Of a stretch of DNA of 64,000 bases, positions 19,727 to 28,851 are shown one piece after another. The notes beneath the pieces are model-generated. The model was not told the DNA's origin. It saw only the letters and a list, made by a program, of their open reading frames with translations, and searched no databases. A program made the translations under genes and the position numbers. The DNA comes from an uncultured Sphingomonas sp. Its GTDB lineage: Bacteria; Pseudomonadota; Alphaproteobacteria; Sphingomonadales; Sphingomonadaceae. Every line of letters starts with the position of its first letter. Position 1 is the first letter of the stretch. Location of the stretch: assembly GCA_963521395.1 (NCBI GenBank), contig CAUQTY010000005.1:115354-179353 (forward strand), read 5' to 3'.

Positions 19727-20550
19727 CCGTCCTTGTACTGGGCCGGACGGCCGTCGAGGAAGGCGCGAACCCCTTCCTCGGCGTCCTCTCCGGCAACCAG
19801 CATCCGCGAGCGAGACTGGGCATCCAGGTAGACATCCATCCAGCTGCGCTGCTGGAGGCTTGCACCGGTCAGCTTACGCGCCCGAATGGCCGGCAGGCTC
19901 TTTCCCGCGATGCGACGCGCGATGTCATAAGCGCGCGGCAGCACTTGGTCCCGTGCCACGACGTAATTGAAGAAGCCGGTCGGCTCCAGCTCGCGGGCAG
20001 TGAAGGCCTGACCGGTGAAGGCCATCTCCCGCACCTTGGCGAGCGGCATGTTGACGTGGATGAAGAGTCCGCCGCCACCGGCCACCAGGCCATAGTCGAT
20101 CTCGGGGCACGCAAACTTGGCGTCATTGGCGGCGACACGCATGTCGCAGAGGGCCGCTAGGATCATTCCCACGCCGACAGCGGCACCTTCAATCGCCGCG
20201 ATCACAGGACGATCGAGCTGGTAGAAGCGCGGTAACTGCGCGTTGATAAATTCGTAGCGTTCCTTGCGGCGCTCCGGCGTCATGCCGACGAAGTCGTTGA
20301 GGTCGGCGCCGCCGCACCAGGCACGCGCGCCTGACAGCGCGGTCAGCACCACCACGCGAATGTCGTCGCTGGCCTCAATGTGATCAACAAGGTCGCCAAG
20401 GTTCTGGTAAACCTCGACGGAGATGGCGTTTACTGGCGGTCGATCGAAGATGACCGTCGCAATACCGCTCTCGTCAACTCCGAGCTTGAAGGCACCAATC
20501 TCTTGCTCGCGGACCGGCGGCGCCGCACCCCTAGCGACGGAGTACGGCAT
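19723..20550 (-). CDS. Enoyl-CoA hydratase/isomerase family protein, paralog of 16756-17556
   Basis: DRPPVNA; WCGGADLNDFVG; LAALCDMR; CPEIDYGL. Confidence 0.9.
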   Translation of the reverse strand: MPYSVARGAAPPVREQEIGAFKLGVDESGIATVIFDRPPVNAISVEVYQNLGDLVDHIEASDDIRVVVLTALSGARAWCGGADLNDFVGMTPERRKERYEFINAQLPRFYQLDRPVIAAIEGAAVGVGMILAALCDMRVAANDAKFACPEIDYGLVAGGGGLFIHVNMPLAKVREMAFTGQAFTARELEPTGFFNYVVARDQVLPRAYDIARRIAGKSLPAIRARKLTGASLQQRSWMDVYLDAQSRSRMLVAGEDAEEGVRAFLDGRPAQYKDG

Positions 20551-21988
20551 TCAGTTTGCTCGAGCGGACTTCGACCACCGGCAGCTTGGTGAGCTGCATC
20601 AGCTTGCGAACCTGATCGAGTTCGGGCGAGCTGAGCAGCGGATAGTCGCGCTTAACGGGGCCCGCCGCGCGCATCTTCTCGATATCGGCTTCGGGCAGGA
20701 AGGCGCGATAGATGAGCTCGTCCTCGTCCTCCGTGCCGTACTTCTTCTTAAGCTCGTCTAGACTAGGTTGTTCTGGCGGATTTGCGAGGACTTCGGCCGC
20801 GCGCGGCGCCGCCATAATGCGGTCCAGTACCTCGGGGTTCACCGGCGCCACCGTCTCGCCATAGAAGCCGGCAGAATATTGGATCACCTCGTCGGGCACG
20901 GTGCCGTAGCGTTTGCCGGTGACCACGTTCAGCACCGCCTGGATCCCGACGAGCTGGCTGAACGGCGTTGCCATGCCGGGGTAGCCCAAGTCACGGCGAA
21001 CGGCGGCGACTTCCTCAAGTACCTCCGGCAGCTTGTCCATCATCTTATGCATGGCTAGCTGGGCCTTGAACGTGCCCATCATCCCGCCGGGGATCTGATG
21101 CTGGATCGAGAACTCGTCATATTCGGCATACTGGTCCACCAAGAAGCCGGCCGCCTTTCCAACCGCCCGGAAGTGATCGGCGACGGGCTGAAACAGGCTT
21201 TCATCCAGGCTGTGCGTATGCCCTCGAAGCTGAATGTTGCGAGCCATGATCTCGGTCGAGGGGACCGAAGGGCCGTTTGCCATCGGCCGGCTTGCGGTGT
21301 GGATCACGCTGACTCCAGCGTCAATCGCATCGAGATAGGCCTTGGCCGACATGCCCAGGAGATTGTTGGAATGAAATTCCAGCGCCTTACCGTTTGCCGC
21401 CTGTACCAGCGCCGGAACCAGCTGCTGAATCCGCTCCTTCTCAAGCACGCCGGCGGTATCGTAGAGGAGGATGCTGTCGATGTGCGGACTCTCCGCCAGC
21501 CGGCGGGCATTAGCGACGAAGAATTCATCGGTATGCACTGGCGACAAGGCAAACATGATCGCACCGGCGACCTGCGCGCCATTCGCCTCTTTGGCGACCC
21601 GGGCCAAGCGCAGCATATTATCGATGCCGAATAGCACGTCGTAGATCCAGAAGGATCGGAGACCATGAGCGCACAGTCGGCGAACCCAGAGATCCATCAA
21701 TGCTGGCGGAGTGATACCGAAGGTGACGTTCGCATTGGCACGAAGACCGGCACGCAGCGGCGTGTTGGGCATGGAGGCGACCAAGAGGTCTAGTCCCTCC
21801 CAGTAGTTCTCCTGACAGTAGCGAGTCAGCACATCCATCATGCCGCCGCCGGTGAGATCGATGGTTTGAAAACCGGTCTTGTCGATCAATGGCGAGACTG
21901 GCAGCGCCATGCCGGCCTGCATGCGCAGGCCCCACAAGCTCTGCTGCCCGTCACGCATGGTCTCATCAAGAAATTCGATGTGAGCCAT
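20531..21988 (-). CDS. Pyruvate carboxylase B / oxaloacetate decarboxylase alpha-like carboxyltransferase, divergent, no biotinyl domain
   Basis: DETMRDGQQSL; HQIPGGM; VRRDLGYPGMATPFSQLVG; metal-site motifs altered (LYDTAG, FHSN). Confidence 0.85.
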   Translation of the reverse strand: MAHIEFLDETMRDGQQSLWGLRMQAGMALPVSPLIDKTGFQTIDLTGGGMMDVLTRYCQENYWEGLDLLVASMPNTPLRAGLRANANVTFGITPPALMDLWVRRLCAHGLRSFWIYDVLFGIDNMLRLARVAKEANGAQVAGAIMFALSPVHTDEFFVANARRLAESPHIDSILLYDTAGVLEKERIQQLVPALVQAANGKALEFHSNNLLGMSAKAYLDAIDAGVSVIHTASRPMANGPSVPSTEIMARNIQLRGHTHSLDESLFQPVADHFRAVGKAAGFLVDQYAEYDEFSIQHQIPGGMMGTFKAQLAMHKMMDKLPEVLEEVAAVRRDLGYPGMATPFSQLVGIQAVLNVVTGKRYGTVPDEVIQYSAGFYGETVAPVNPEVLDRIMAAPRAAEVLANPPEQPSLDELKKKYGTEDEDELIYRAFLPEADIEKMRAAGPVKRDYPLLSSPELDQVRKLMQLTKLPVVEVRSSKLNAVLRR

Positions 21989-21994
21989 GCCTAC

Positions 21995-22501
21995 TCAAGC
22001 TCCCGGTTGGATGTAGTAGAGAATGCGGCCGGCCTCGACTAGTTCGGAGTCAGCGGCGCAGATCTGCACGATTTTGCCAGCCTGCCCTGCCTTTACCGAC
22101 GTGAACAGCTTCATGACCTCGAGCAGGCAGACTTCCGTTTCCTGCTGCACGACCGAACCCACTTCGACGAAAGGCGCCGCGCCGGGCTTCGGCGATCGAT
22201 AGAAGGTACCGAGATTGGGCGCGGTGATCGGCACCCAGCTTGGGTCGATGCTGTCTGGCGTCGCTGGGGCCTCAGCCGGGGCTGTTGCTGCGACTGCGTT
22301 CGTTGAGGCTTCGATGGACGCTGGTGTAGCAATTGGGGCTGTCGGAGCTGCTACTCCGGCACTGCCCAGTCCCGCGCTGTTCGGATCGAGCGAGAAGAGA
22401 ATTTCGGTGTCACCGGTCTTGACCCTGAGTTCGGTCCAGCCGCTGGCGAGGAATTGCTCGGCAAGCAATTGCAGGTCGTCGGGGAAACGCTCGCTGCTCA
22501 T
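21995..22501 (-). CDS. accB: Biotin carboxyl carrier protein
   Basis: Ala/Pro linker; APNLGTFYRSPKPGAAPFVEVG; LEVMKLF biotinylation lysine. Confidence 0.9.
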   Translation of the reverse strand: MSSERFPDDLQLLAEQFLASGWTELRVKTGDTEILFSLDPNSAGLGSAGVAAPTAPIATPASIEASTNAVAATAPAEAPATPDSIDPSWVPITAPNLGTFYRSPKPGAAPFVEVGSVVQQETEVCLLEVMKLFTSVKAGQAGKIVQICAADSELVEAGRILYYIQPGA

Positions 22502-23964
22502 GCGGCCTGCTCCGCGGCGCGGGTGAGCTGGTCACGGACGGTCCTGCGGAGGATCTTGTTGGCACCGCTCTTCGGCAATTCCGGCCAAACAAGAATCTCC
22601 TTGGGCCGCTTCACGCTCGAAAGGTTCTGGCGCGCAAAATCCATGATAGCGGTTGTGTCGAGGGTCGCCGGGCCGCCGACTACGGCGACCACCCGGTCCC
22701 CCCATTTTTCATCGGGGAGGCCGACGACGGCGACCTCCTGTACCCCCGGAAAGCCCATCAGCACGTCCTCGATTTCGCGCGGGTAGATGTTGTAGCCACC
22801 GCTAACGAGCATGTCGTTCTTGCGGTCCACGATGTAGAAGAAGCCGTCTTCGTCCATCGTGCCGATGTCGCCAGTGTGCAGCCAGCCGCCGCGGAACGCC
22901 TCTGCGGTGGCTTCGGGCTTGTCCCAGTAATACGCCATCAACTGAGGTCCACGGACGACGATCTCACCTCGCTCACCTGGCCCGAGTGGACGATCATCTT
23001 CGTCGAAGATCGCGACTTCGACGACCGAGAAGGGACGACCGCACGATCCTACCCGGTCATGGTCCTGCGGGCGCAAGTAGGTGATTGCCATCGGGCTTTC
23101 CGCTTGGCCGTAGCATTGCGCGAACACCCGCCCGAACCGCTCTTCCGCCCGCTGCATGAGGGACGGCGAGATGGAAGAAGCACCATAAGCGACGATCTGG
23201 AAGTAGGTCTCCGTATCGATCGACGGATCATCCAGCAGCATTGCGATCATGGTTGGAACCAGGAAGCTGTACGATGCACGGGTCTCGTTTGCGAGACGGA
23301 GGAAGCCGCCCGTGTCGAACTTGGTCATGATGACAGAGTGCACGCCGCGGATCAGCGAGGGCAGAAAGAAGGCGCCGCCTGCATGAGCGATTGGCGCACC
23401 GTGGAGGAAGATCTCGCCCTCTCTCAGTTCGGGAATTAGGTCCGCCAAAAAGACGTTGGTTTCGACCAAGTCAGTGCGGGTGGTGAGCGTAACCGCCTTG
23501 GCGTTGCCCGTAGTGCCGCCCGTAAAGCCAAGCCGAAGCGGCGCGTCGAGGTCCCGATCTACCACGCACGGCTTCTGCTCACCCGTGGCGATCATCTCGA
23601 GCAGCTCGGGAAGCAGTATTTGCAGCTCCGCATCGATGCCCTTAACCCCGTCGTGAATAACGCAACGGCAGCCGGAGTAGGCAATCTTGTAGCGATGGCT
23701 GTCGAGCGTCTCCTTGGGATTGAGCTGCACCCGCACCAGCCCGGCCTTGAAGATCGCGTAGTAAGCGATGAGGCAATCGATCGAGTTTGGGAGCAGAACG
23801 CCTACCCGGTCACCGGGACGTAGACCCTTGGTGATGAGCGCATTGCCAAGCCGGTCCGTCGCCTGGTCGAAGTCATGGAAGCTGAGGGTCCGGTCGCCTT
23901 CGGTTAGGCAAGGCTTGTCCTTGTAGTGAAGCGCGGCGCGGCGGATGATGGAGCCAATCTGCAT
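22498..23964 (-). CDS. Acyl-CoA synthetase (AMP-forming)
   Basis: FTGGTTGNAK; YGQAE; GWLHTGD; DRKNDMLVSGGYNIYPREIE; ANKILRR. Confidence 0.92.
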   Translation of the reverse strand: MQIGSIIRRAALHYKDKPCLTEGDRTLSFHDFDQATDRLGNALITKGLRPGDRVGVLLPNSIDCLIAYYAIFKAGLVRVQLNPKETLDSHRYKIAYSGCRCVIHDGVKGIDAELQILLPELLEMIATGEQKPCVVDRDLDAPLRLGFTGGTTGNAKAVTLTTRTDLVETNVFLADLIPELREGEIFLHGAPIAHAGGAFFLPSLIRGVHSVIMTKFDTGGFLRLANETRASYSFLVPTMIAMLLDDPSIDTETYFQIVAYGASSISPSLMQRAEERFGRVFAQCYGQAESPMAITYLRPQDHDRVGSCGRPFSVVEVAIFDEDDRPLGPGERGEIVVRGPQLMAYYWDKPEATAEAFRGGWLHTGDIGTMDEDGFFYIVDRKNDMLVSGGYNIYPREIEDVLMGFPGVQEVAVVGLPDEKWGDRVVAVVGGPATLDTTAIMDFARQNLSSVKRPKEILVWPELPKSGANKILRRTVRDQLTRAAEQAA

Positions 23965-23976
23965 CGTCGTTCCTAG

Positions 23977-25086
23977 CTAAGCCGCGTCGCGACACTGCGC
24001 GGTGCCACCACTCGATCGAAACGTCTCGGAAACTACCTGCTCGCGGTGGTACACGGAGTCGCCGAACTGATGTTCGAACAGCTTGGTCCGGCGAAGGTAG
24101 CGATGGATGCCCAGTTCCCACGTGAAGCCCATGCCGCCATGTATCTGCACAGCTTCGTTGCACACGGACCTGGCGACATCTCCGCAATAGGCCTTGGCCA
24201 TGGAAGCGGCGCGCCGATCGCGACTGTCGCCTTCGCCGATCGCCCAGAACGCGTAATAAGCTGCCGACCGGCCCGCTTCCACCGCGACCGCCATGTCGGC
24301 GCAACGATGCTTGATCGCCTGGAACGCGCCGATCGGCTGGCCGAACTGGATTCGGGTAGACGCATATTCGACGCTGGCCGACAGCATACGGGCGGCAATG
24401 CCGATCGTCATGCCCGCCGTGACGGTAGCGCCGGCCTCCAGCGTGCGCGCCGCCGCCGATCCAAGCTGCAGCCGTTCCCCAGGTGCCCCGGTAAAGGCCA
24501 CCGATGCGAGTTCCGCGGCGGGATCGATGCTGCGTTCGGAAGTCGCAGCGACACCGCCCGCTTTCGCATCGACCAGCCAGCAGGCCGTCTCGCCGGCGTA
24601 AGTGCCAAGCACCAGGAAGGCGTCAGCCTTAGTCCCGCCAGCCACAAGCAGCTTGCGCCCGTCCAGCATTCCACCCGTGCTGGTCATCTTGAGCGAAGCG
24701 GGTTCATAGTCGGATCCAGCCTCGAAACTGGCGATGGCAATGCGAGCCTCGCCGGCAGCGATCCGCGGCAGCCACGTCTCCTTCAGCGCCGCCGATCCAT
24801 GCTGCAGCAGGACGTCGGTTGCGATGAGCGTCGAAGCGATCAGTGGCGGCGCTAACCCTGCCCCGAGTGCTTCAATGGCAAGCGCCAAGTCGACCAAACT
24901 CAAACCGACTCCGCCATGTTCTTCTGGCACGAGCAAAGCGAACAGCCCGAGTTCCGCGACAGCGGCCCACGCTTCGTCATTACCTTCGGTGTTGAGGTCG
25001 GGAACGGTCAGGCTTGCCACTCCGCCGAGCACGGAAGCCACGGTGTCGCCCAGACTGTGCTGGTCCTCGTCGAACGCGAAGTTCAT
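23977..25086 (-). CDS. Acyl-CoA dehydrogenase, probable non-catalytic subunit of a heteromeric ACAD
   Basis: Start MNFAFDEDQ (ATGA-coupled); RIQFGQPIGAFQAIKHR; QIHGGMGFTWE; degenerate N-terminal FAD motifs. Confidence 0.88.
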   Translation of the reverse strand: MNFAFDEDQHSLGDTVASVLGGVASLTVPDLNTEGNDEAWAAVAELGLFALLVPEEHGGVGLSLVDLALAIEALGAGLAPPLIASTLIATDVLLQHGSAALKETWLPRIAAGEARIAIASFEAGSDYEPASLKMTSTGGMLDGRKLLVAGGTKADAFLVLGTYAGETACWLVDAKAGGVAATSERSIDPAAELASVAFTGAPGERLQLGSAAARTLEAGATVTAGMTIGIAARMLSASVEYASTRIQFGQPIGAFQAIKHRCADMAVAVEAGRSAAYYAFWAIGEGDSRDRRAASMAKAYCGDVARSVCNEAVQIHGGMGFTWELGIHRYLRRTKLFEHQFGDSVYHREQVVSETFRSSGGTAQCRDAA

Positions 25087-26285
25087 TTCACCCCCGATCG
25101 CGGCAGGCCGAGCATCCGTTCGCCAATGATGTTGCGCTGGATCTCGGATGATCCCGAGTAAATAGTGAAGGCCTTGGATTGCAGATAACTGAGCTGAAAT
25201 CGCCCATCCGCAACGCTGTCCGGATCTCCGGCCTCGAGCGGAGCGGTCGGGCCTATCGCATCCATGGCCGCTTCGTACATACGCTGCGCGGCGTGACTCC
25301 AATAAAGCTTGATGACGGAAGACTCCGCTCCTGGCTTCTCGCCATTAAGCAGGCGGCTGAAGCTCCGCAGTGAGTTCAGGCGCATGACCTCGACTTCGAT
25401 GATCGATTGGCCGACCTTTTGACGCACGTCGGGATGCTCGATTGCCTTGCGATCGCCGCGCTCCAACTCGCTTAAGCCAGCCACCAGCTTGTCGAGCTCT
25501 TGTTTGAAGCGGATCTGCCGCCCGAGACCGTCTTCCGGGCCGCGCTCATAGGCCAGCGTGGTCATCGCAATGCGCCAGCCGTCGTTGATGTCGCCGACTA
25601 CATTCTCGACCGGAACATCGACGTTGTCGAAGAAAGTCTCGTTGAACTCGCTCTCACCGCTGATCTGGCGCAATGGGCGGATCGAGATTCCCGGCGACTT
25701 CATGTCAATAAGAAGGAAGCTCAAGCCTTTGTGCTTGAGCGCGTCCGGGTCGGTCCTGACCAGCGCGAAGCACCAGTCGCTGTATTGGGCGTAGCTGGTC
25801 CAGACCTTCTGGCCATTGACGATGAACTTGTCGCCTTGGCGATCCGCCCGCGTGCGGACGGAGGCGAGGTCCGAACCCGCATTGGGCTCTGAGAAGCCCT
25901 GGCACCAGACCTCGTCGCTGCTGATGATCTTGGGGAGGAACCGCTTCTTCTGCTCTTCGGTGCCGTGTACGAGAAGGGTAGTCCCGACTAGGTTGTGACC
26001 GATGATGTTCAGGCCCTCAGGTGCACGCGCTCGCGCCATTTCCTCGGCAAAGATAGCACGTTCGACGAGGGTTGCGCCTCGGCCGCCATATTCAACTGGC
26101 CAGTTGATCCCGCTCCACCCACCGGCGTAAAGCTTCCGGTCCCAGGCGAGCCGGAACATCGCCCGTTCGTCTTCGTGCTCCGGCTCGAAGACATTCTCGC
26201 CCCAACCTGCAGGCAGAGCGGTGCTGAGCCAGTTTCGCAGATCGTTTCGAAATGCGTCTTCCGCTTGGGAGTAGCTGAAGTCCAT
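25083..26285 (-). CDS. Acyl-CoA dehydrogenase, probable catalytic subunit of a heteromeric ACAD
   Basis: WCQGFSEPNAGSDLAS; NGQKVWTS; TLAYER; TIYSGSSEIQRNII. Confidence 0.92.
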   Translation of the reverse strand: MDFSYSQAEDAFRNDLRNWLSTALPAGWGENVFEPEHEDERAMFRLAWDRKLYAGGWSGINWPVEYGGRGATLVERAIFAEEMARARAPEGLNIIGHNLVGTTLLVHGTEEQKKRFLPKIISSDEVWCQGFSEPNAGSDLASVRTRADRQGDKFIVNGQKVWTSYAQYSDWCFALVRTDPDALKHKGLSFLLIDMKSPGISIRPLRQISGESEFNETFFDNVDVPVENVVGDINDGWRIAMTTLAYERGPEDGLGRQIRFKQELDKLVAGLSELERGDRKAIEHPDVRQKVGQSIIEVEVMRLNSLRSFSRLLNGEKPGAESSVIKLYWSHAAQRMYEAAMDAIGPTAPLEAGDPDSVADGRFQLSYLQSKAFTIYSGSSEIQRNIIGERMLGLPRSGVK

Positions 26286-27094
26286 CAGCGGCTCGCTGCA
26301 GCAGCTGCCGCTGCCGCGAAATCGGGGGCGCGCTTTTCGCGGAATGCATTGACGCCCTCCTCATACTCCGGCGTCAGGTAGGCGATCGTCTGAGCGTAGG
26401 ACTCGTAATCCAGCATCTGGTCGAGCGTGACCGAGCCGGCCCGGTTGAGCAGGGTCTTGGTCATTGCGGTCGCAGTCGGCGATCCGGCGGCGATCGCGCG
26501 CGCCATTTTCCTGGCTTCCTCAAGCAGCTGGTCGTGTGGAACGACCTTATTGGCGATGCCGATCGCCAACGCCTCGTCCGCCGCGACCTTGCGCGCAGTG
26601 AAGCATAGCTCCTTCGCCATGTTGATCCCCACGACGCGGGCAAGGAACCACAGGCCGCCAAGGTCGGGGACTAGCGCCACCTTGGCAAAAGCCTGGACGA
26701 AGCTGGCTTGCTCGCTGGCGATGATGAAGTCGCAGGCGAGCGCGAGGTTCATGCCGGCCCCGGCCGCCGGGCCGTTCACCGCCGCGATTACCGGCTTTTC
26801 GAGTTGAAACAACGGATGTAGCACATCCCGCAGGATCCAGCGGTGACGATCCCGCCGCTCAAGCGGGGTCATGTCGTCGCGGCGGGCCTTGAGGTCCGCG
26901 CCCGCGCAGAAGCCCCTTCCCCCGCCGGTTAGTATCGCGCAACCGACGTCGGTGCGACCGGCGAGATCACGAATGATCGCCGACAACTCGTGATAAAGGT
27001 CGTCGGTGGTGGCGTTGAGCGCATCGGGCCGGTTGAGCGTGATCAGCGCGACGCGGTCTTCGACTTCGAACAGGACATTGCCTTGGGCGCTCAT
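26285..27094 (-). CDS. Crotonase-family enzyme, PaaG-like (Asp rather than Glu catalytic residue)
   Basis: Start MSAQGNVLF (ATGA overlap); FCAGADL; AAGAGMNLALACD; ALVPDLGG. Confidence 0.88.
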   Translation of the reverse strand: MSAQGNVLFEVEDRVALITLNRPDALNATTDDLYHELSAIIRDLAGRTDVGCAILTGGGRGFCAGADLKARRDDMTPLERRDRHRWILRDVLHPLFQLEKPVIAAVNGPAAGAGMNLALACDFIIASEQASFVQAFAKVALVPDLGGLWFLARVVGINMAKELCFTARKVAADEALAIGIANKVVPHDQLLEEARKMARAIAAGSPTATAMTKTLLNRAGSVTLDQMLDYESYAQTIAYLTPEYEEGVNAFREKRAPDFAAAAAAAASR

Positions 27095-27918
27095 TCTGCC
27101 GCCTCTCGATAAGGGGTGTGGGCAAGATCGTCGGCGGTCGACGTCGGCCGATCCCACCATTGCTCCGGCATCCGCATCGGGATGCGGAAATCATGCGCAG
27201 GCACGACGATGTCGGCGCTGTCGAACACCCGGCGCATCGATTGCAGCTGCGTCCGCTCGCTCTCGCTGCGGATCGGTCCCGTCATGAAATCATCGCCAAG
27301 GTAGCGCTTGGGCTTGTCGGTCGCCCGGGGGTCGGTCGGGAACCAGTAGCGGTAATGATCGCCGAGGTCGGACACGAGGGCGACCTTGCCGCGCTCCGTC
27401 TGCACGATCGGCACGTGCATTCCGGGTGTGTGCCCGGGCGTCTTCACCACCTCGATCCCATCGAACAACGTGAAATCGCCATCGACCAGGCGGATCTGCC
27501 TCCCTCGCTTGCGCTCGTTCAGTTCGGCGACGGTCTCGCGCCAGTAGAAGATCCGCTGGCTCGGCACCGGGTCCATGGCGTGAAACAGCTCGTCACGCTG
27601 TACGATGACCTGCGCGTCAGGAAACAGCTCGAGGTTGCCGGCATGGTCGAAGTGGAGGTGCGTCGGCAGCACCACATCGATGTCGGCGGGTGTCAGCCCC
27701 TCGCTGGCCAGACCCCGGATCAGGCTGTCATGCCCGCCACCGACGCCTTCGACCTTCAGCCGGGCGTTTACCACGTCCATCGCCGCCATGCCGCTGTCGA
27801 CAAGGATGGCCTTGCTGTCGCTGCGCACCAGCCAGCAATGGATCGGATCGCGCATCATTCCGCCTTCGTGAGGCAGGAACAGCTCGCCGACGCGAAGGCT
27901 GGTGACCGTCCAATTCAT
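27091..27918 (-). CDS. MBL-fold hydrolase, AHL-lactonase-like; candidate pathway lactonase
   Basis: THLHFDHAGN; TPGHTPGMH; SD; PAHD metal ligands. Confidence 0.88.
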   Translation of the reverse strand: MNWTVTSLRVGELFLPHEGGMMRDPIHCWLVRSDSKAILVDSGMAAMDVVNARLKVEGVGGGHDSLIRGLASEGLTPADIDVVLPTHLHFDHAGNLELFPDAQVIVQRDELFHAMDPVPSQRIFYWRETVAELNERKRGRQIRLVDGDFTLFDGIEVVKTPGHTPGMHVPIVQTERGKVALVSDLGDHYRYWFPTDPRATDKPKRYLGDDFMTGPIRSESERTQLQSMRRVFDSADIVVPAHDFRIPMRMPEQWWDRPTSTADDLAHTPYREAAE

Positions 27919-28841
27919 TCGTCGATGACCTCGAACCGCTCGATATCGGCAAGCGAACCGGTTCGGTTGTCACCCCAGATCGCGCGCACCCGGGTGCCCG
28001 GCTTGATGCGCACCTTGGCTTCTTCGACGCTGTCGATCTCGATCATGTGGATGAGGCGGGTCGACGCGCCGTCGAGCACGATCTCTGCGTAGACATAGGG
28101 CGGCGGTCGGGTCTGGCCGACGAACTCGAGGTTGATGATCGAGCAGCCACGGATCGTGCCGGTGTCCTTGCACGCTTTCCACGTGCCGGTGCGCTTGTGA
28201 CTGATGTCGTCGATCTCGCGCGGCGGAAGCAGTGCGGCGTCACCCTCACTGGTGCGAACGCCCATGATGACGCGGTTGGTTTTGATCTCGTCGAACAAGC
28301 GTCCGTAATAGGGGCCGTAAGCATGCTCATACTGGAGCCGGATGTCGTAAGGCACGACCTCCACCGGCTTGTCGTGCTCCGGAAGGTCACCGATCGATCC
28401 GACGTCCGCATCCGCCTTCACGGCAAAGCCGCGGATGGCGAGGATCGATCCTTCGACACCCTCGTCCCATTCGGCCTGCACGCGGGTGCCGACATCAAGC
28501 TTGTCGATATCGGCGTCAACAAGTCGATGAACAAAGGTGTTGGCACAGCCGTCCAGCCGGATGAGACCAAGCATCTGCCCGTCCACACGGGTGAAGCCGC
28601 GCAGCTCGCCGGTGCTGGGCGCAACAACCAGTACCGGATCGGATTCACCATTGGTCGGGGAGAAATCCTGCGCCGGTGCGATCACCGTACCATCGGCGAA
28701 GCGCGAGCCGACAATATGGCCCTTGCCAATCTCTGCAAGGAACACGCCGGCTGCCCGCCCGGGCGTCAGCGTGTAGGACATGGCGATCTCGCTATGGAAC
28801 GCCTGAAGTTCGATCGATTGGGTTTCCGGTGCCGCCAGCAT
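27915..28841 (-). CDS. Tandem DUF35 (OB-fold) protein, Rv3521-like, without zinc-ribbon cysteines
   Basis: Two repeats of Y....G....RF..EI....I.G.R ... G.LRG ... I.LDG....H ... GTRV.A.W. Confidence 0.8.
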   Translation of the reverse strand: MLAAPETQSIELQAFHSEIAMSYTLTPGRAAGVFLAEIGKGHIVGSRFADGTVIAPAQDFSPTNGESDPVLVVAPSTGELRGFTRVDGQMLGLIRLDGCANTFVHRLVDADIDKLDVGTRVQAEWDEGVEGSILAIRGFAVKADADVGSIGDLPEHDKPVEVVPYDIRLQYEHAYGPYYGRLFDEIKTNRVIMGVRTSEGDAALLPPREIDDISHKRTGTWKACKDTGTIRGCSIINLEFVGQTRPPPYVYAEIVLDGASTRLIHMIEIDSVEEAKVRIKPGTRVRAIWGDNRTGSLADIERFEVIDE

Positions 28842-28851
28842 CCGTTTGCTC

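Noticed and set aside
9225..22501. accC/accB as the housekeeping acetyl-CoA carboxylase, or the CT as a Na+-pumping oxaloacetate decarboxylase
   Set aside because: No accA/accD and no oadB/oadG membrane subunits; the genes lie in the accessory regulon
27091..27918. MBL protein as a beta-lactamase or quorum-quenching enzyme
   Set aside because: No signal peptide, and it is coupled inside a CoA catabolic operon; a metabolic lactonase is more parsimonious
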